A DNA stretch of 54,777 nt from an uncultured bacterium (GCA_965366355.1 CBDUEZ010000001.1:1-54777); one strand, 5' to 3'; shown: positions 43,959 through 53,945, counted from the first letter of the stretch. The notes: generated by a model not told the origin, from the sequence alone. Made by a program: numbers and translations.

Positions 43959-44797
43959 CGGCTTTCGCGGAAGTGCAGTTCAAGGGGACCCGCCGGGACT
44001 ACTTCACGGCGCCCGGTTTCGATCTGCGGCCAGGCCAATGGGTGGTCGTCGAGGCCGACCGTGGCGAAGACGTGGGCGAGGTGACGGCCGTCGGCGTCAT
44101 CGCCGAACGGAAATGCTCGTCGTCGGGGGGATGTGCAACGCCGACCCCCGAGCGGCGGGTGCTCCGTGAGGCCGCCGAAGCCGAGGTGGCGCGTCTGGCC
44201 GAGCTACGCCACGACGAAGAGCGAGTGCGCTCCGAAACGCGCGTGCTCGTCAAGAAGCACGGCCTCAAGATGAAGGTGACCGAGGCGGAATGGCAGCACG
44301 ATCGAAACAAGCTCATCGTCTACTTCACGGCCGACCGCCGGGTCGACTTCCGGGAACTGGTGCGAGACCTCGCCCGCAGCTTCAGGACGCGGATCGAGCT
44401 CAAACAAATCGGTGTGCGAGACGAGGCTGCCCTGTTGGGTGGCGTGGGCCGATGCGGAAGGGAGCTCTGCTGTTCGACCTGGCTCCCCGACCTCAAGCCC
44501 GTCAGTCTTCAGTTGGCGAAAGACCAGAGGCTGTCGCTGAACCCGGCGCAGATCTCGGGCTGTTGTGGACGACTCATGTGTTGCCTGATGTACGAACACA
44601 AGACCTACGTCGAGTCCCGCCGTCGTTTTCCCCGAGAGGGCAAGGTCCTTCGCACCGCGAGGGGTCAGGAGCGGGTGGTCGGCGTCGATATCCTGCAGGA
44701 AACCGTCACCGTGCGAGACGAGTCCGGCCAGCGCAGAACCGTGTCGCTCGACGACCTGAAGCGCGAGGTCGCGGAAGCACCGCGCCCCCCCCGGTAG
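43955..44797 (+). CDS. ricT: PSP1/YaaT (RicT) family protein
   Basis: Motifs YFTADRRVDFRELVRDLA, RIELKQIGVRDEA, GRCGRELCC and ISGCCGRLMCCLMYE. Confidence 0.92.
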   Translation: MTAFAEVQFKGTRRDYFTAPGFDLRPGQWVVVEADRGEDVGEVTAVGVIAERKCSSSGGCATPTPERRVLREAAEAEVARLAELRHDEERVRSETRVLVKKHGLKMKVTEAEWQHDRNKLIVYFTADRRVDFRELVRDLARSFRTRIELKQIGVRDEAALLGGVGRCGRELCCSTWLPDLKPVSLQLAKDQRLSLNPAQISGCCGRLMCCLMYEHKTYVESRRRFPREGKVLRTARGQERVVGVDILQETVTVRDESGQRRTVSLDDLKREVAEAPRPPR

Positions 44798-44828
44798 CGG
44801 CCGACCCCTTTTTTCCAGAGATGATGCC

Positions 44829-46364
44829 GTGTCGACGCGCACCTACCTGACCACCCCGATCTACTACGCCTCGGGCGAGCCTCATCTCGGCCACGCCTAC
44901 ACGACGATTCTCACCGACGCCCTGGCCCGATTTGCAAGGCAGGCGGGCGATGAGGTGCTCTTCCTGACCGGGACCGACGAGCACGGTCCCAAGATCGAGG
45001 AGGAGGCGGAGCGACGGGGGCTCCAACCCATCGAGCTCTGTGACGAGATGGCCGCTCGATTCCGATCGGCGTGGGAGCGCCTCGACATCGGGTTCGACCG
45101 CTTCATCCGTACCACCGAAGAGGAGCACAAGGCCGTGGTCCGGGCCTTTCTCCAGCGGCTCCACCAACGGGGACACCTGTACTCCGGCAGTTACGAAGGG
45201 TGGTACTGCGTACACGAGGAACGGTACTGGACCGAGAAGGATCTGGGCCCGGATCATACCTGCCCCGATTGTGGCCGACCCGTGCGGAAGATCGAAGAGG
45301 AGAACTGGTTCTTTCGCATGAGTGCCTTCCAGGAGGAGTTGATCCGGCACATCGAGGCCAATCCCGACTGGATCATTCCCGAGGTCCGCCGCAACGAGGT
45401 GCTGGGATTCCTGCAAAAGCCCCTGGGCGACCTCTCCATTTCCCGACCCCGGTCACGGGTGCAGTGGGGCATCCCCCTGCCCTTCGACGACAATCATGTG
45501 ACGTACGTCTGGGTCGACGCGCTGGTGAACTACCTCACCGCTTCGGGGGCGGTCGACCCCGCCAAGGGTCCGGACGCCCCGGGCTTCGACGACCCGTCTG
45601 GCTCGTGGTGGCCTGCCGACCTCCACATCATGGGCAAGGACATCCTGACGACCCACGCCGTCTACTGGCCCACGCTACTCATGGGTGTCGGTCTGCCCCT
45701 GCCCCGGCATCTCCTTGCCCACGGCTGGTGGGTCGTGGGCGACACGAAGATGTCGAAGTCCCTCGGCAACGTCGTCGACCCACTGCAACTCCAGGAAGAG
45801 TTCGGGACCGACGCAGTCCGGTGGTATCTGCTCCGCGAAATGCCAACCGGCTCCGACGCCTCGTACACGCCGGAACGGTTCCTGGTGCGCTACGAGGAAC
45901 TGGCCAACGTCCTCGGTAACCTCGCGCAGCGCGTCTTGTCGATGGTGGGCCGTTATCGCCAGGGAGTCGTGCCGGCCGGAGGGGCCGGCGGATTGGATTC
46001 TTCGATCGAAGGCACCCTCACGGCCGTCGCGGAAGCGCTATCGGGCCATCGGCTGCACGAGGCACTGGCAGCGGCCATGGATCTGGCACGCACGGCGAAC
46101 GGCTACGTCGAAGACCGAGAGCCCTGGGCCCAGTCGAAAGACCCGGCCCGGTCGGCCGATCTCGACGAAACATTGGCGACGTTGGTCAGGGTCCTCACGG
46201 TCCTGGCCGCGCTCTTCCACCCCGTGTGCCCGGAACGTTCGGCCGAACTTGCCCGCCGCCTCGGTCTGAGTCGTGTACCCACCCTGGGCGAAGCGTGGGA
46301 CCTCGATCCCAGCGGGCGAAAAGTGGACCCGGGCACCCCGCTCTTCCCGAAAGTGGAGACTTGA
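44829..46364 (+). CDS. metG: Methionine--tRNA ligase (short form, no C-terminal tRNA-binding domain)
   Basis: Motifs TTPIYY, PHLGHAY, TGTDEHG, YVWVDALVNY, GKDI and KMSKSLGN. Confidence 0.97.
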   Translation: MSTRTYLTTPIYYASGEPHLGHAYTTILTDALARFARQAGDEVLFLTGTDEHGPKIEEEAERRGLQPIELCDEMAARFRSAWERLDIGFDRFIRTTEEEHKAVVRAFLQRLHQRGHLYSGSYEGWYCVHEERYWTEKDLGPDHTCPDCGRPVRKIEEENWFFRMSAFQEELIRHIEANPDWIIPEVRRNEVLGFLQKPLGDLSISRPRSRVQWGIPLPFDDNHVTYVWVDALVNYLTASGAVDPAKGPDAPGFDDPSGSWWPADLHIMGKDILTTHAVYWPTLLMGVGLPLPRHLLAHGWWVVGDTKMSKSLGNVVDPLQLQEEFGTDAVRWYLLREMPTGSDASYTPERFLVRYEELANVLGNLAQRVLSMVGRYRQGVVPAGGAGGLDSSIEGTLTAVAEALSGHRLHEALAAAMDLARTANGYVEDREPWAQSKDPARSADLDETLATLVRVLTVLAALFHPVCPERSAELARRLGLSRVPTLGEAWDLDPSGRKVDPGTPLFPKVET

Positions 46365-46525
46365 TCCGCGATTCGCGGGGTGCAGAGTTACGCGGGGAGG
46401 CCGCCGCATCGATTCGAACCACGCCCTGTATCACTTCATCTGTTTACCACGGGGGTGCCGGGGATTTCTTCGATGAAACGGGCTTTGCGGCTTAAATCCG
46501 CGACGAACCCGAACAGGCCCCGGCG

Positions 46526-46555
46526 TTGACACGCGCTCCGCAAGACCCCTAGTTT
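46526..46555 (+). promoter_or_regulatory. Sigma70-type promoter for the M23 peptidase gene
   Basis: TTGACA (46526-46531), an 18-nt spacer, then TAGTTT (46550-46555), ending 45 nt before ATG 46601. Confidence 0.6.
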
Positions 46556-46600
46556 TTCGTTCGCTTCCGTGCGGAGCGGCAGAAATAGACCTCCCGAACG

Positions 46601-47539
46601 ATGGTGCGAATGCGCGACGATCACTGGACCCTTTTGCTGGTCCGGGGCAATCATGAAGCCCTGCGACAGATCTCGGTCACGGGTAGGTTCCTACGCCGCG
46701 TCGGTTGGGGCCTCGGGGCGTCCGCCGTGCTGGCCCTCGTGGCCGTCGGCGTGCTCGCTGCGGGCGGTCTCAATATGCTCGACTCGCTGGGCAGCCAGGG
46801 TCGGGACGGGGCGATGGCCGCGGAACTGGAGCGCCTGCAAAGCCAGGTCGTATCGCTCGAATCCACTCTAGGCAGCCTTCAGGGGCGCGAAGCAGAACTC
46901 CGCGCCCTCGCTGGCCTGGAGCCCCTCGATGCCGAGGTGCTCGCGGCGGGAATTGGCGGTCCGGGAGCAGGCTCCCCGGAATCGAACGCTCTCTTCTCGG
47001 TCGATCCGGAGCTTGGCAATCGGGCCTTTGCGGTCGACTACGACATCGAGGCGCTTCAGCGGCGTGCTCGGGTGCTGCTGGAGAGTATGGCCGAGGCCGG
47101 CGACTCGCTCGCGTCGCAGAAAGACCTGCTGATGTCGACGCCAACGCTCTTCCCGACCGCTGGTTCTCTGAGTTCCGGTTTTTCGAAGGCGCGTATGCAT
47201 CCGATCCTCAACGAGGTGTTGCCTCACCCGGGGGTCGACATCGCCGCTCCCTCAGGCACACCGATCCTCGCATCGGGCAAGGGCCGGGTCATTCGGGCGG
47301 GGTGGGTCTCCGGATATGGGCAGACCGTCGAGATCGATCATGGTCACGGCTTCACCACTCTGTACGCCCACGCATCCAAGCTGTTGGTCCGGAGCGGGCA
47401 GGAGATCGAGCGGGGTGACGTCATTGCCCAGGTCGGGCGGACAGGTACCGCGACGTCGACCCACCTGCACTACGAGGTGCGGCAGAATGGCCGGCAGCAG
47501 AATCCCCTGAACTTCCTGCTTCCCGGCACGCGCAACTGA
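46601..47539 (+). CDS. M23-family metallopeptidase with TM anchor and coiled coil
   Basis: Motifs HPGVDIAA, GYGQTVEIDHG, TLYAH and HLHYEV. Confidence 0.94.
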   Translation: MVRMRDDHWTLLLVRGNHEALRQISVTGRFLRRVGWGLGASAVLALVAVGVLAAGGLNMLDSLGSQGRDGAMAAELERLQSQVVSLESTLGSLQGREAELRALAGLEPLDAEVLAAGIGGPGAGSPESNALFSVDPELGNRAFAVDYDIEALQRRARVLLESMAEAGDSLASQKDLLMSTPTLFPTAGSLSSGFSKARMHPILNEVLPHPGVDIAAPSGTPILASGKGRVIRAGWVSGYGQTVEIDHGHGFTTLYAHASKLLVRSGQEIERGDVIAQVGRTGTATSTHLHYEVRQNGRQQNPLNFLLPGTRN

Positions 47540-47553
47540 CGCGCGGGCGTCCC

Positions 47554-48792
47554 ATGTCGACGCTTCGATTCGCCGTATCCGGCCTCGGGTTCATCGCCCT
47601 GCTCAGTGGAGGCGTTCGGGCGCAGGAGCTCCCAGCACCTGCGACGACGTCCATCGCCCCCGACTATCTCGTCGCCCGCGAGTCGGTCCACCCCGCCGGC
47701 TTTCCGAGAATTCTCATTCTCGACGCACCGGGGTCGTCGCTCGTCACCTTCCGCCTCTCGGTGCCCATCGCCGCCAGCGTCGACGCAGCCACGGCCGCGC
47801 CGGTGCTCCAGAGCATGGCCTCTGCTCGGATCAGCGGCACCGCCACTACGCTCGGTGCCCAGATCGAGGCGGGATCTTCGGCCCATGCCATCTCCTACAC
47901 GGTGACCGGTGCGCTGGCCGACCTCGACCATCTCACCTTCATTCTTCGCCAGGCGACCCAGGCTCCGCGCGCGTCCCAGGGCTTCGCAGCGGCCCGGGGA
48001 GCACTCGAGGCTCAGCTCGCTCGGATCGGTGAAACAGGCGAAGGACAGGTCGAGGCGCAGCTTCGGGCGGCGGCTACGCCCGGTGAGCCTTCCGTGGCCG
48101 ACGCAAGGGACCGACTGCGCCGACTGTCCTTCTACGACCTGGAAGCGTTCTGGCGGGCAAGCCATGTGCCGCAGCAGATGACACTTCTCGTCGTGGGAGA
48201 CGTGTCGACCCCGGCTCTTCTTGCGGCTCTCTCCGGCCTCGGCGCCGAAATGAGTGCCGAGCCGCCCCGCGAAGCCCTGGCCCCGAGTCCGCCGAACACT
48301 GACGATTCCGACCTCCTCCGTCGCTGGCTGGGCTTCGCCTGGGGAACATCACCGACACTCGACCCCCGCGCCGTCGTGGCCGCCTCGCTCGCGGCGCGGT
48401 ACCTCCGCGAGGAACGCGACAGATACGAAGCCTACGTGCGCCTCTGGGAGGGTCGGAACTCCGACGTCCTCGCGGTCGTCGGGTCGGCCTATGGTCGCGA
48501 CGCGACCGCCTTGAGACGCCGTCTCGCCGCGCTCCCGGCCGACGTTGCCGGCGCGAGCGACGATAGCACGGTGCGCGAGGTGATCGACCAGCTGCACTGG
48601 ACGCTACTTGCTCAGGCACGAACCCCGTGGGGCCGGGCCAACCTGGTGGGTCGCTTTCTCGACGCCGGTGCCTCCCCCGACGCGGCCCGTCGTTATCTCG
48701 ACGCGCTGCATGCGCTCACCCCCGACGATGTTCGGAGCTTCCTCGGCACCTTGGCGGCGTCCAGCCCCACCACCATCGAGGTGGGATCGTGA
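47554..48792 (+). CDS. M16 (insulinase)-like protein lacking HxxEH
   Basis: Signal peptide and the M16-type segment DLEAFWRASHVPQQMTLLVVGDV. C-terminal LHALTPDDVRSF. Confidence 0.65.
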   Translation: MSTLRFAVSGLGFIALLSGGVRAQELPAPATTSIAPDYLVARESVHPAGFPRILILDAPGSSLVTFRLSVPIAASVDAATAAPVLQSMASARISGTATTLGAQIEAGSSAHAISYTVTGALADLDHLTFILRQATQAPRASQGFAAARGALEAQLARIGETGEGQVEAQLRAAATPGEPSVADARDRLRRLSFYDLEAFWRASHVPQQMTLLVVGDVSTPALLAALSGLGAEMSAEPPREALAPSPPNTDDSDLLRRWLGFAWGTSPTLDPRAVVAASLAARYLREERDRYEAYVRLWEGRNSDVLAVVGSAYGRDATALRRRLAALPADVAGASDDSTVREVIDQLHWTLLAQARTPWGRANLVGRFLDAGASPDAARRYLDALHALTPDDVRSFLGTLAASSPTTIEVGS

Positions 48793-50045
48793 ACGCCATC
48801 CGAACGGGCCGCCGCGCCTGGCTCCTGGCAGGCCTCGTCGGTCTGGCGGTGGTAGGCGTCCCGCGCGCCGGAGCGGCTCAGATGAACTCCGGGCGGCTCG
48901 CCGTACCGAGTTGGGCCGCCGTGCTCGAAATCGTAGAGCGTCCAGCAAGCCCTGTCGTGGGAGTGTCGATCGCGGTGCCGGTCGGTTCCGGTGCCGATCC
49001 CGCCGATCGGCCGGGAGCGGGCCGCGTGACGGCCGAGGCGATCGTCGAGGAGATCGAGTCGATTCTCCGCCCGGGCCACGTCGAAGGTCGCGTCTCGATC
49101 GCTCCGGATCGGACGGTGCTGACGTTCCTCGTTCGCCCGGACCGACTCGACGAGTTCTTCCAGGCCTTCGGCCAGACGGCATATGGCTCAGGGCCTCGCG
49201 CTCAGGCCGTGGAGTCGGCGCGCCGTCAACGGGAAGAGGTGTTGCGTTTCGAGGTCGATTCGCCGGTTCGCGAAGTCGCCATCGAACGGCGCGCGCTCCT
49301 CTACGGAGAGGGCGACACCCGCAACAGCCCGCCGGAGGGTACGCTCGGATCGATCGAGGCCCTCGACGAGGGTCAGGTTCAGGAGATGCGCCGCTCCATC
49401 TTTCGCGCCGGCGATGCTCGCGTCGTCGTCGTGGGCCCCGTCACTCCGGCCTCGGCCTCTGCCACCGCGCCGGCGGGTGTCCCGAGTGGAACCACGTCGA
49501 CCGGCCCCGCCTGGACGGTGACGGACCGTCGAGTGGTACACCGCGACGTCACCAATACCTGGCTGTCCGTCGCGTTTCCGGTGCCTTCCGACCTTCCGCG
49601 AATCGCCGTGCTCTACGTCGCGGACCGCATGTCGCAGGAATTGAACTCGCTCCCGCCGAACCCGGGGCTCTTCAATGCCTCGGTAGAGGTCGTCGAGATG
49701 CCGGAAGGGGAAGTCATCCTGGTTCATGCGGCCGTGCTGCCCGAGGCCGCGGGGGCGTTGGAGTCGAAGATCCACGGACTCCCCGGTACACTCGCCCTGG
49801 CCCGCGATCCAGCCTTCTTTCGAATTCACCGCAGCCGATTCCGGGCCCTGCGACTCGTGCGAGAAGCCGCACCTGAAGAGGCCGCAACCCGCATGGCGCT
49901 CGAGTTGTTGACCCGAGGGGCCATTCTCGATTTCGAAGACGCAGTCTGGACTCTGGACGCCGGTGGAGCCGCCGACGCCGCGGCTTCTCTGGGGCCACCC
50001 CGCACGCTGGTGTTCGGACCCAGCCTGGCCGGGGGTCGGCCGTGA
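48789..50045 (+). CDS. Second M16 (insulinase)-like protein lacking HxxEH
   Basis: GTG 48789 overlaps the upstream stop. Motifs VPVGSGADP..RPG, GTLGSIEALD and ARVVVVGPV. Signal peptide present. Confidence 0.7.
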   Translation: MNAIRTGRRAWLLAGLVGLAVVGVPRAGAAQMNSGRLAVPSWAAVLEIVERPASPVVGVSIAVPVGSGADPADRPGAGRVTAEAIVEEIESILRPGHVEGRVSIAPDRTVLTFLVRPDRLDEFFQAFGQTAYGSGPRAQAVESARRQREEVLRFEVDSPVREVAIERRALLYGEGDTRNSPPEGTLGSIEALDEGQVQEMRRSIFRAGDARVVVVGPVTPASASATAPAGVPSGTTSTGPAWTVTDRRVVHRDVTNTWLSVAFPVPSDLPRIAVLYVADRMSQELNSLPPNPGLFNASVEVVEMPEGEVILVHAAVLPEAAGALESKIHGLPGTLALARDPAFFRIHRSRFRALRLVREAAPEEAATRMALELLTRGAILDFEDAVWTLDAGGAADAAASLGPPRTLVFGPSLAGGRP

Positions 50046-50130
50046 ACCTTGTCGGTCGCCCGGCACATGATTAGGTTCGCCCGCTGAAGACGTAGTTCCC
50101 TCTCGAAGCACACGTCGTGGAGCGTAGCTC

Positions 50131-50910
50131 ATGAAGCGCAGCACTTTGCTCTTCTCGGCCGTTACCGTTTTGGGGCTGGCCGCCTGTGGCCCGGCCCAGG
50201 TGGTGGTGACCGCCCAGATCGAAGTTGAAGATCCTGCAACTGGCCAGATGATCACCCGAGAACTCAGTGACCTCGAGGTGTTCCTCCTGCCTTATGATCG
50301 TGATGCGATCTTCGATTCGCTGACGGCTGCCGCCGCGGAACCCGAGCCCCAGGTCCCTCAAGAGTTGTCCGACGCGCAGTCGGCGATCCGGGTTGCTCAG
50401 GAGGAGTGGCGGAACGCTGAGAACCGTTGGAACACACTCCGGGACACGTTGCAGAAGATCTCGGCGGCCATGGAGGAATACCTCCCCAGTGAGGGTCAGT
50501 ACCGCCTGCTCTTCAACGACTTCAACGACATGGATGCGCAGTACGCGCAGGTCGAGCGGACCAAGGATCGGCTGTTCGCCACCTTCGATTCACTCTCGAA
50601 GGAGAACATCGCTCGCGCCCAGGGCTTTCAGATGAGGGTCGACGAATGGGGTGGCGAAGCTTTCGCCGACGTCGACGCCGTGATGCTCGCGAAGCAGCGG
50701 GCCTCCGGACTCGACGTGGTTGCCGATACGACCAATGCCAACGGCGTTGCCTCGAATCTGATGGTGAAGCCGGGTGAATACTACGTATACGCTCGGTACG
50801 CCGAGGTCTACTCCGAGTTGTACTGGAACATCCCGGTGTCGGTCGCTCGCGGCGAGCCCGTGACGGTCACGCTCAACCGGGGCAACGCGCTGGTTCGGCC
50901 GATCTTCTGA
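50131..50910 (+). CDS. Hypothetical lipoprotein with a central coiled coil
   Basis: Lipobox LAAC, a helical middle region and a beta-rich C-terminus (DTTNANG..PGEYYVYARY..LYWNIPV). Confidence 0.85.
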   Translation: MKRSTLLFSAVTVLGLAACGPAQVVVTAQIEVEDPATGQMITRELSDLEVFLLPYDRDAIFDSLTAAAAEPEPQVPQELSDAQSAIRVAQEEWRNAENRWNTLRDTLQKISAAMEEYLPSEGQYRLLFNDFNDMDAQYAQVERTKDRLFATFDSLSKENIARAQGFQMRVDEWGGEAFADVDAVMLAKQRASGLDVVADTTNANGVASNLMVKPGEYYVYARYAEVYSELYWNIPVSVARGEPVTVTLNRGNALVRPIF

Positions 50911-50932
50911 TCCGACCGTCCCAGCGGCCAAC

Positions 50933-50965
50933 ACGAGCCGGACGCCCGACGGGCGTCCGGCTCGT
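50933..50965 (+). terminator. Strong hairpin, probable terminator or RNA-stabilising stem
   Basis: ACGAGCCGGACGCCC-GAC-GGGCGTCCGGCTCGT, a perfect 15-bp stem followed by a weak T-rich tail. Confidence 0.65.
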
Positions 50966-51041
50966 TGTCTATGCGGGGTGGGTAACGACTCGGTAGCTTC
51001 CAGAAGTGCGCACCGTCGTCTCCCCAGCCGCCTGCAGACCC

Positions 51042-53216
51042 ATGCATCGAAGCCTTCCCAACCCCAGCTTCTCCATCGCCTCGACCGGCATCGGACGGAT
51101 CACCTTCGATGACGGGTCGAGACCTCTCAACGTGCTCGACCAGTCGACGATGGCGGGCCTGGTCGCTGCGCTGGACGAAGCGCGAGAGGCCGTCGCCGCC
51201 GGCCGACTCCGAGTGCTGGTCTTCGACAGCGGCAAGCCCGGCAGTTTCATCGCGGGAGCCGACATCGAGGCGATTCGAGCCATCGAGGGTCCCGACGACG
51301 GAGAGGCCAAGGCCCGAACGGGGCAGGCGATCTACCTCGATGTCGAAGCCTTTCCGGTCCCCACCCTGGCGGCGATCGACGGCCTGTGCCTCGGCGGTGG
51401 CCTCGAACTCGCGCTCGCCTGTCGCTTCCGGGTGTGTTCCGATCATCCCAAGACCCGTCTCGGAGTCCCCGAGGTGCAGCTGGGGGTGCTTCCCGGCTGG
51501 GGCGGCACGACGCGACTTCCCCGGCTGGTCGGCCTTCAGGCGGCGCTCGACCTCATGCTGAAGGGCACCCCGGTGACTCCGTCGAAGGCCAAGCGGATCG
51601 GCCTCGTGAGTCAGGTGCTGCCGCACGAGGAATTCCGCGAGCGCAGCGATGATTTCGCGCTCCAGACGTTGTCGATGCCTCGTGGCGCCTCCCGCTTGAA
51701 GAGGTCGTGGGCGAAGCGCCTTCTCGAAGACACGCTCCCGGGCCGCATCGCGATCCTCGCGGCGGCCCGCCGTGCCGTGCTCGCGAAGACCAATGGCCGC
51801 TATCCTGCGCCGTTGAAGATCATCGACGTGCTGCGGCGCTCGCTCGGGAAGAGTGTGACGGAATCCCTCGCCCTCGAGGCGCAGGCCTTCGGCCAGCTCA
51901 CCGCTACCCCCACGCACGCCAACCTGCTGCACCTCTTCGGACTGAGGGAGGACGCTCGCAAGACCACCCGTGCGGTGCCAGGGGGTCGCGCGACTCCGAT
52001 CGAACGAATCGGAGTGGTCGGCGCGGGCGTCATGGGGGGTGGGATCGCACAGCTGGCCGCCTTCCGCGAGGTCGAGGTGCGTCTCAAGGACATTCGTGAC
52101 GAGGCGATCGTCGGCGGACTCCGGCACGCTCGAGAACTGTTCGACACCGCCATCGAGCGCCGGAAAGTGAGTCGAGCGGAAGGGGATCGCAGAATGGCGC
52201 TGATCAGGGGTGGGCTGGATTGGCACGGCTTCCAGGGCGCCGACCTGGTCGTGGAGGCGGTGGTGGAAAGACTCGACGTGAAGAGGAGCGTCCTGCGCGA
52301 GGTCGAGGAAGTCACGTCGGCAGACTGCGTCCTCGCGACCAACACGTCGTCGCTGTCGGTCGATGCCATGGCCGAGGGACTCGCTCGGCCGGAAAGGCTG
52401 TGCGGCCTCCACTTCTTCAATCCCGTTCACAAGATGCCGTTGGTGGAGGTCGTGCGGGGCGCGGCCACCGACGACGACACGCTCGCGACGGTCCATGCCT
52501 TCGCTGTGGCGCTGGGCAAGGTGCCCGTCATCTGCAACGACGGCCCCGGGTTCCTGGTCAACCGTATTCTCGGCCCCTACCTGAACGAAGCAGGGCATCT
52601 CCTCGCCGATGGGGCCTCGATCGAGGCGATCGACCGGGTGGCCACCGACTTCGGGATGCCCATGGGGCCGCTACGTCTGATGGACGAGGTGGGACTCGAC
52701 ATCGCCCGGCACGCCGGCGCGACCCTGCACGCCGCCTTCGGCGACCGCATGGCACCGGCCGCGCCGCTCCTCGCCCTGGCCGATACCGAGCGGCTGGGTC
52801 GCAAGAACGGACTCGGGTTCTATCGCTACGGCGAAAATGGGGAGGCCCAGGTCGACGCGGGCGTACTTGCCGAGATCTGGTCGTCGATCGGCGCGGGATC
52901 GGTCGAGGGTCACGACGAAGGAGCGATCAGGGAGCGGCTCATTCTCGCCATGGTCAACGAGGCCGCCCGTGTTCTGGACGACAAGATCGTCGCGCGAGCG
53001 GCGGACGTGGATCTCGGGATGATCATGGGCACCGGCTTCCCGCCGTTCCGGGGCGGGCTGCTGCGGTTCGCCGACGCGCACCATCCGCGCAAACTGGTCG
53101 ACATGCTCGAAAGGCTCGCGACCGACGTGGGTGAGCGGTTCACGCCCGCACCGTTGCTTCGGCGACTGGCCGAGGAGGACCGCGGCTTCTACGCCGCCTT
53201 CGGAGGACCCGAGTGA
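51042..53216 (+). CDS. fadJ: Fatty-acid oxidation complex alpha subunit (enoyl-CoA hydratase/3-hydroxyacyl-CoA dehydrogenase)
   Basis: Motifs FIAGADI, CLGGGLELALAC, PEVQLGVLPGWGGT, VVGAGVMGGGIA, TNTSSL, HFFNPV and GTGFPPFRGG. Confidence 0.92.
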   Translation: MHRSLPNPSFSIASTGIGRITFDDGSRPLNVLDQSTMAGLVAALDEAREAVAAGRLRVLVFDSGKPGSFIAGADIEAIRAIEGPDDGEAKARTGQAIYLDVEAFPVPTLAAIDGLCLGGGLELALACRFRVCSDHPKTRLGVPEVQLGVLPGWGGTTRLPRLVGLQAALDLMLKGTPVTPSKAKRIGLVSQVLPHEEFRERSDDFALQTLSMPRGASRLKRSWAKRLLEDTLPGRIAILAAARRAVLAKTNGRYPAPLKIIDVLRRSLGKSVTESLALEAQAFGQLTATPTHANLLHLFGLREDARKTTRAVPGGRATPIERIGVVGAGVMGGGIAQLAAFREVEVRLKDIRDEAIVGGLRHARELFDTAIERRKVSRAEGDRRMALIRGGLDWHGFQGADLVVEAVVERLDVKRSVLREVEEVTSADCVLATNTSSLSVDAMAEGLARPERLCGLHFFNPVHKMPLVEVVRGAATDDDTLATVHAFAVALGKVPVICNDGPGFLVNRILGPYLNEAGHLLADGASIEAIDRVATDFGMPMGPLRLMDEVGLDIARHAGATLHAAFGDRMAPAAPLLALADTERLGRKNGLGFYRYGENGEAQVDAGVLAEIWSSIGAGSVEGHDEGAIRERLILAMVNEAARVLDDKIVARAADVDLGMIMGTGFPPFRGGLLRFADAHHPRKLVDMLERLATDVGERFTPAPLLRRLAEEDRGFYAAFGGPE

Positions 53217-53755
53217 GGAGACCCCTCCACATCGAGTACCATCGCCCTCCCGATCGCACGGTCACCTACGTCCAGCATCTCATTCACGACGCGAACGAGG
53301 TGAAGGTCTCGTTCCTGGAGTCGACCCCGCTCGCGAAACCTCTTACCGTGGCGGGAAAGACGATCCTCGAACCCGGGGCCCCCGCGGTGTGGTTCACCTT
53401 TCCGAACTGTTGGCACGACATCGGTCGGTTCCATCTCGGCGACGGAACCTTCACGGGGCTCTATGCGAACATCCTCACTCCCGTCGAACTCCACTCCCCC
53501 GTCGAGTCGGTCGAAGACCCCGTTCATTGGCGGACCACCGACCTGTTCCTCGACGTCTGGATGGAGTGCGACAGGGAGCCGGTGTTACTGGACGAGGACG
53601 AGTGGGCGCGCGCTCATAAACGCGGCTTTCTCACCGACGAAACCGCTACCCGCGCGCGAGCCGAGGCCGACGCCCTCCTGGCCGCCGCCCGTGAGGGGCG
53701 TTGGCCCCCACCGGTCGTACACGAATGGACGCTGGAGAAGGCCCGGGCGTCGTGA
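53213..53755 (+). CDS. DUF402-family protein
   Basis: Motifs WHDIGRF, GLYANILTP, TDLFLDVW and LLDEDE. Confidence 0.85.
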   Translation: MRRPLHIEYHRPPDRTVTYVQHLIHDANEVKVSFLESTPLAKPLTVAGKTILEPGAPAVWFTFPNCWHDIGRFHLGDGTFTGLYANILTPVELHSPVESVEDPVHWRTTDLFLDVWMECDREPVLLDEDEWARAHKRGFLTDETATRARAEADALLAAAREGRWPPPVVHEWTLEKARAS

Positions 53756-53759
53756 GGGG

Positions 53760-53945
53760 TCAAGCGCTCTCGATCACCCAGGCGGCGCAGAGCCGATCCA
53801 CATCGAGAAAAAGCTGCCGCAACACGGCCGGATCCTCTCGAAGCCCGTCGATCAAGCGCTCGTACTGATCGAGCGACCCCGCCGGAAGTTGGATCTCTTC
53901 GTGATGGTAGGCGCCGTCATCGACGAAGAGGAGACGGATTCTCAA
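53760..53945 (-). CDS. Small hypothetical protein (61 aa)
   Basis: The TTG start overlaps the upstream stop (TTGA) and follows GAGGA. The sequence looks protein-like (YERLIDGLREDP). Confidence 0.7.
   Translation of the reverse strand: MRIRLLFVDDGAYHHEEIQLPAGSLDQYERLIDGLREDPAVLRQLFLDVDRLCAAWVIESA

Noticed and set aside
48608-49876. 422-aa Arg-rich alternative-frame ORF
   Set aside because: It is an off-frame reading of the M16-like genes with the typical R/G/P/S bias.
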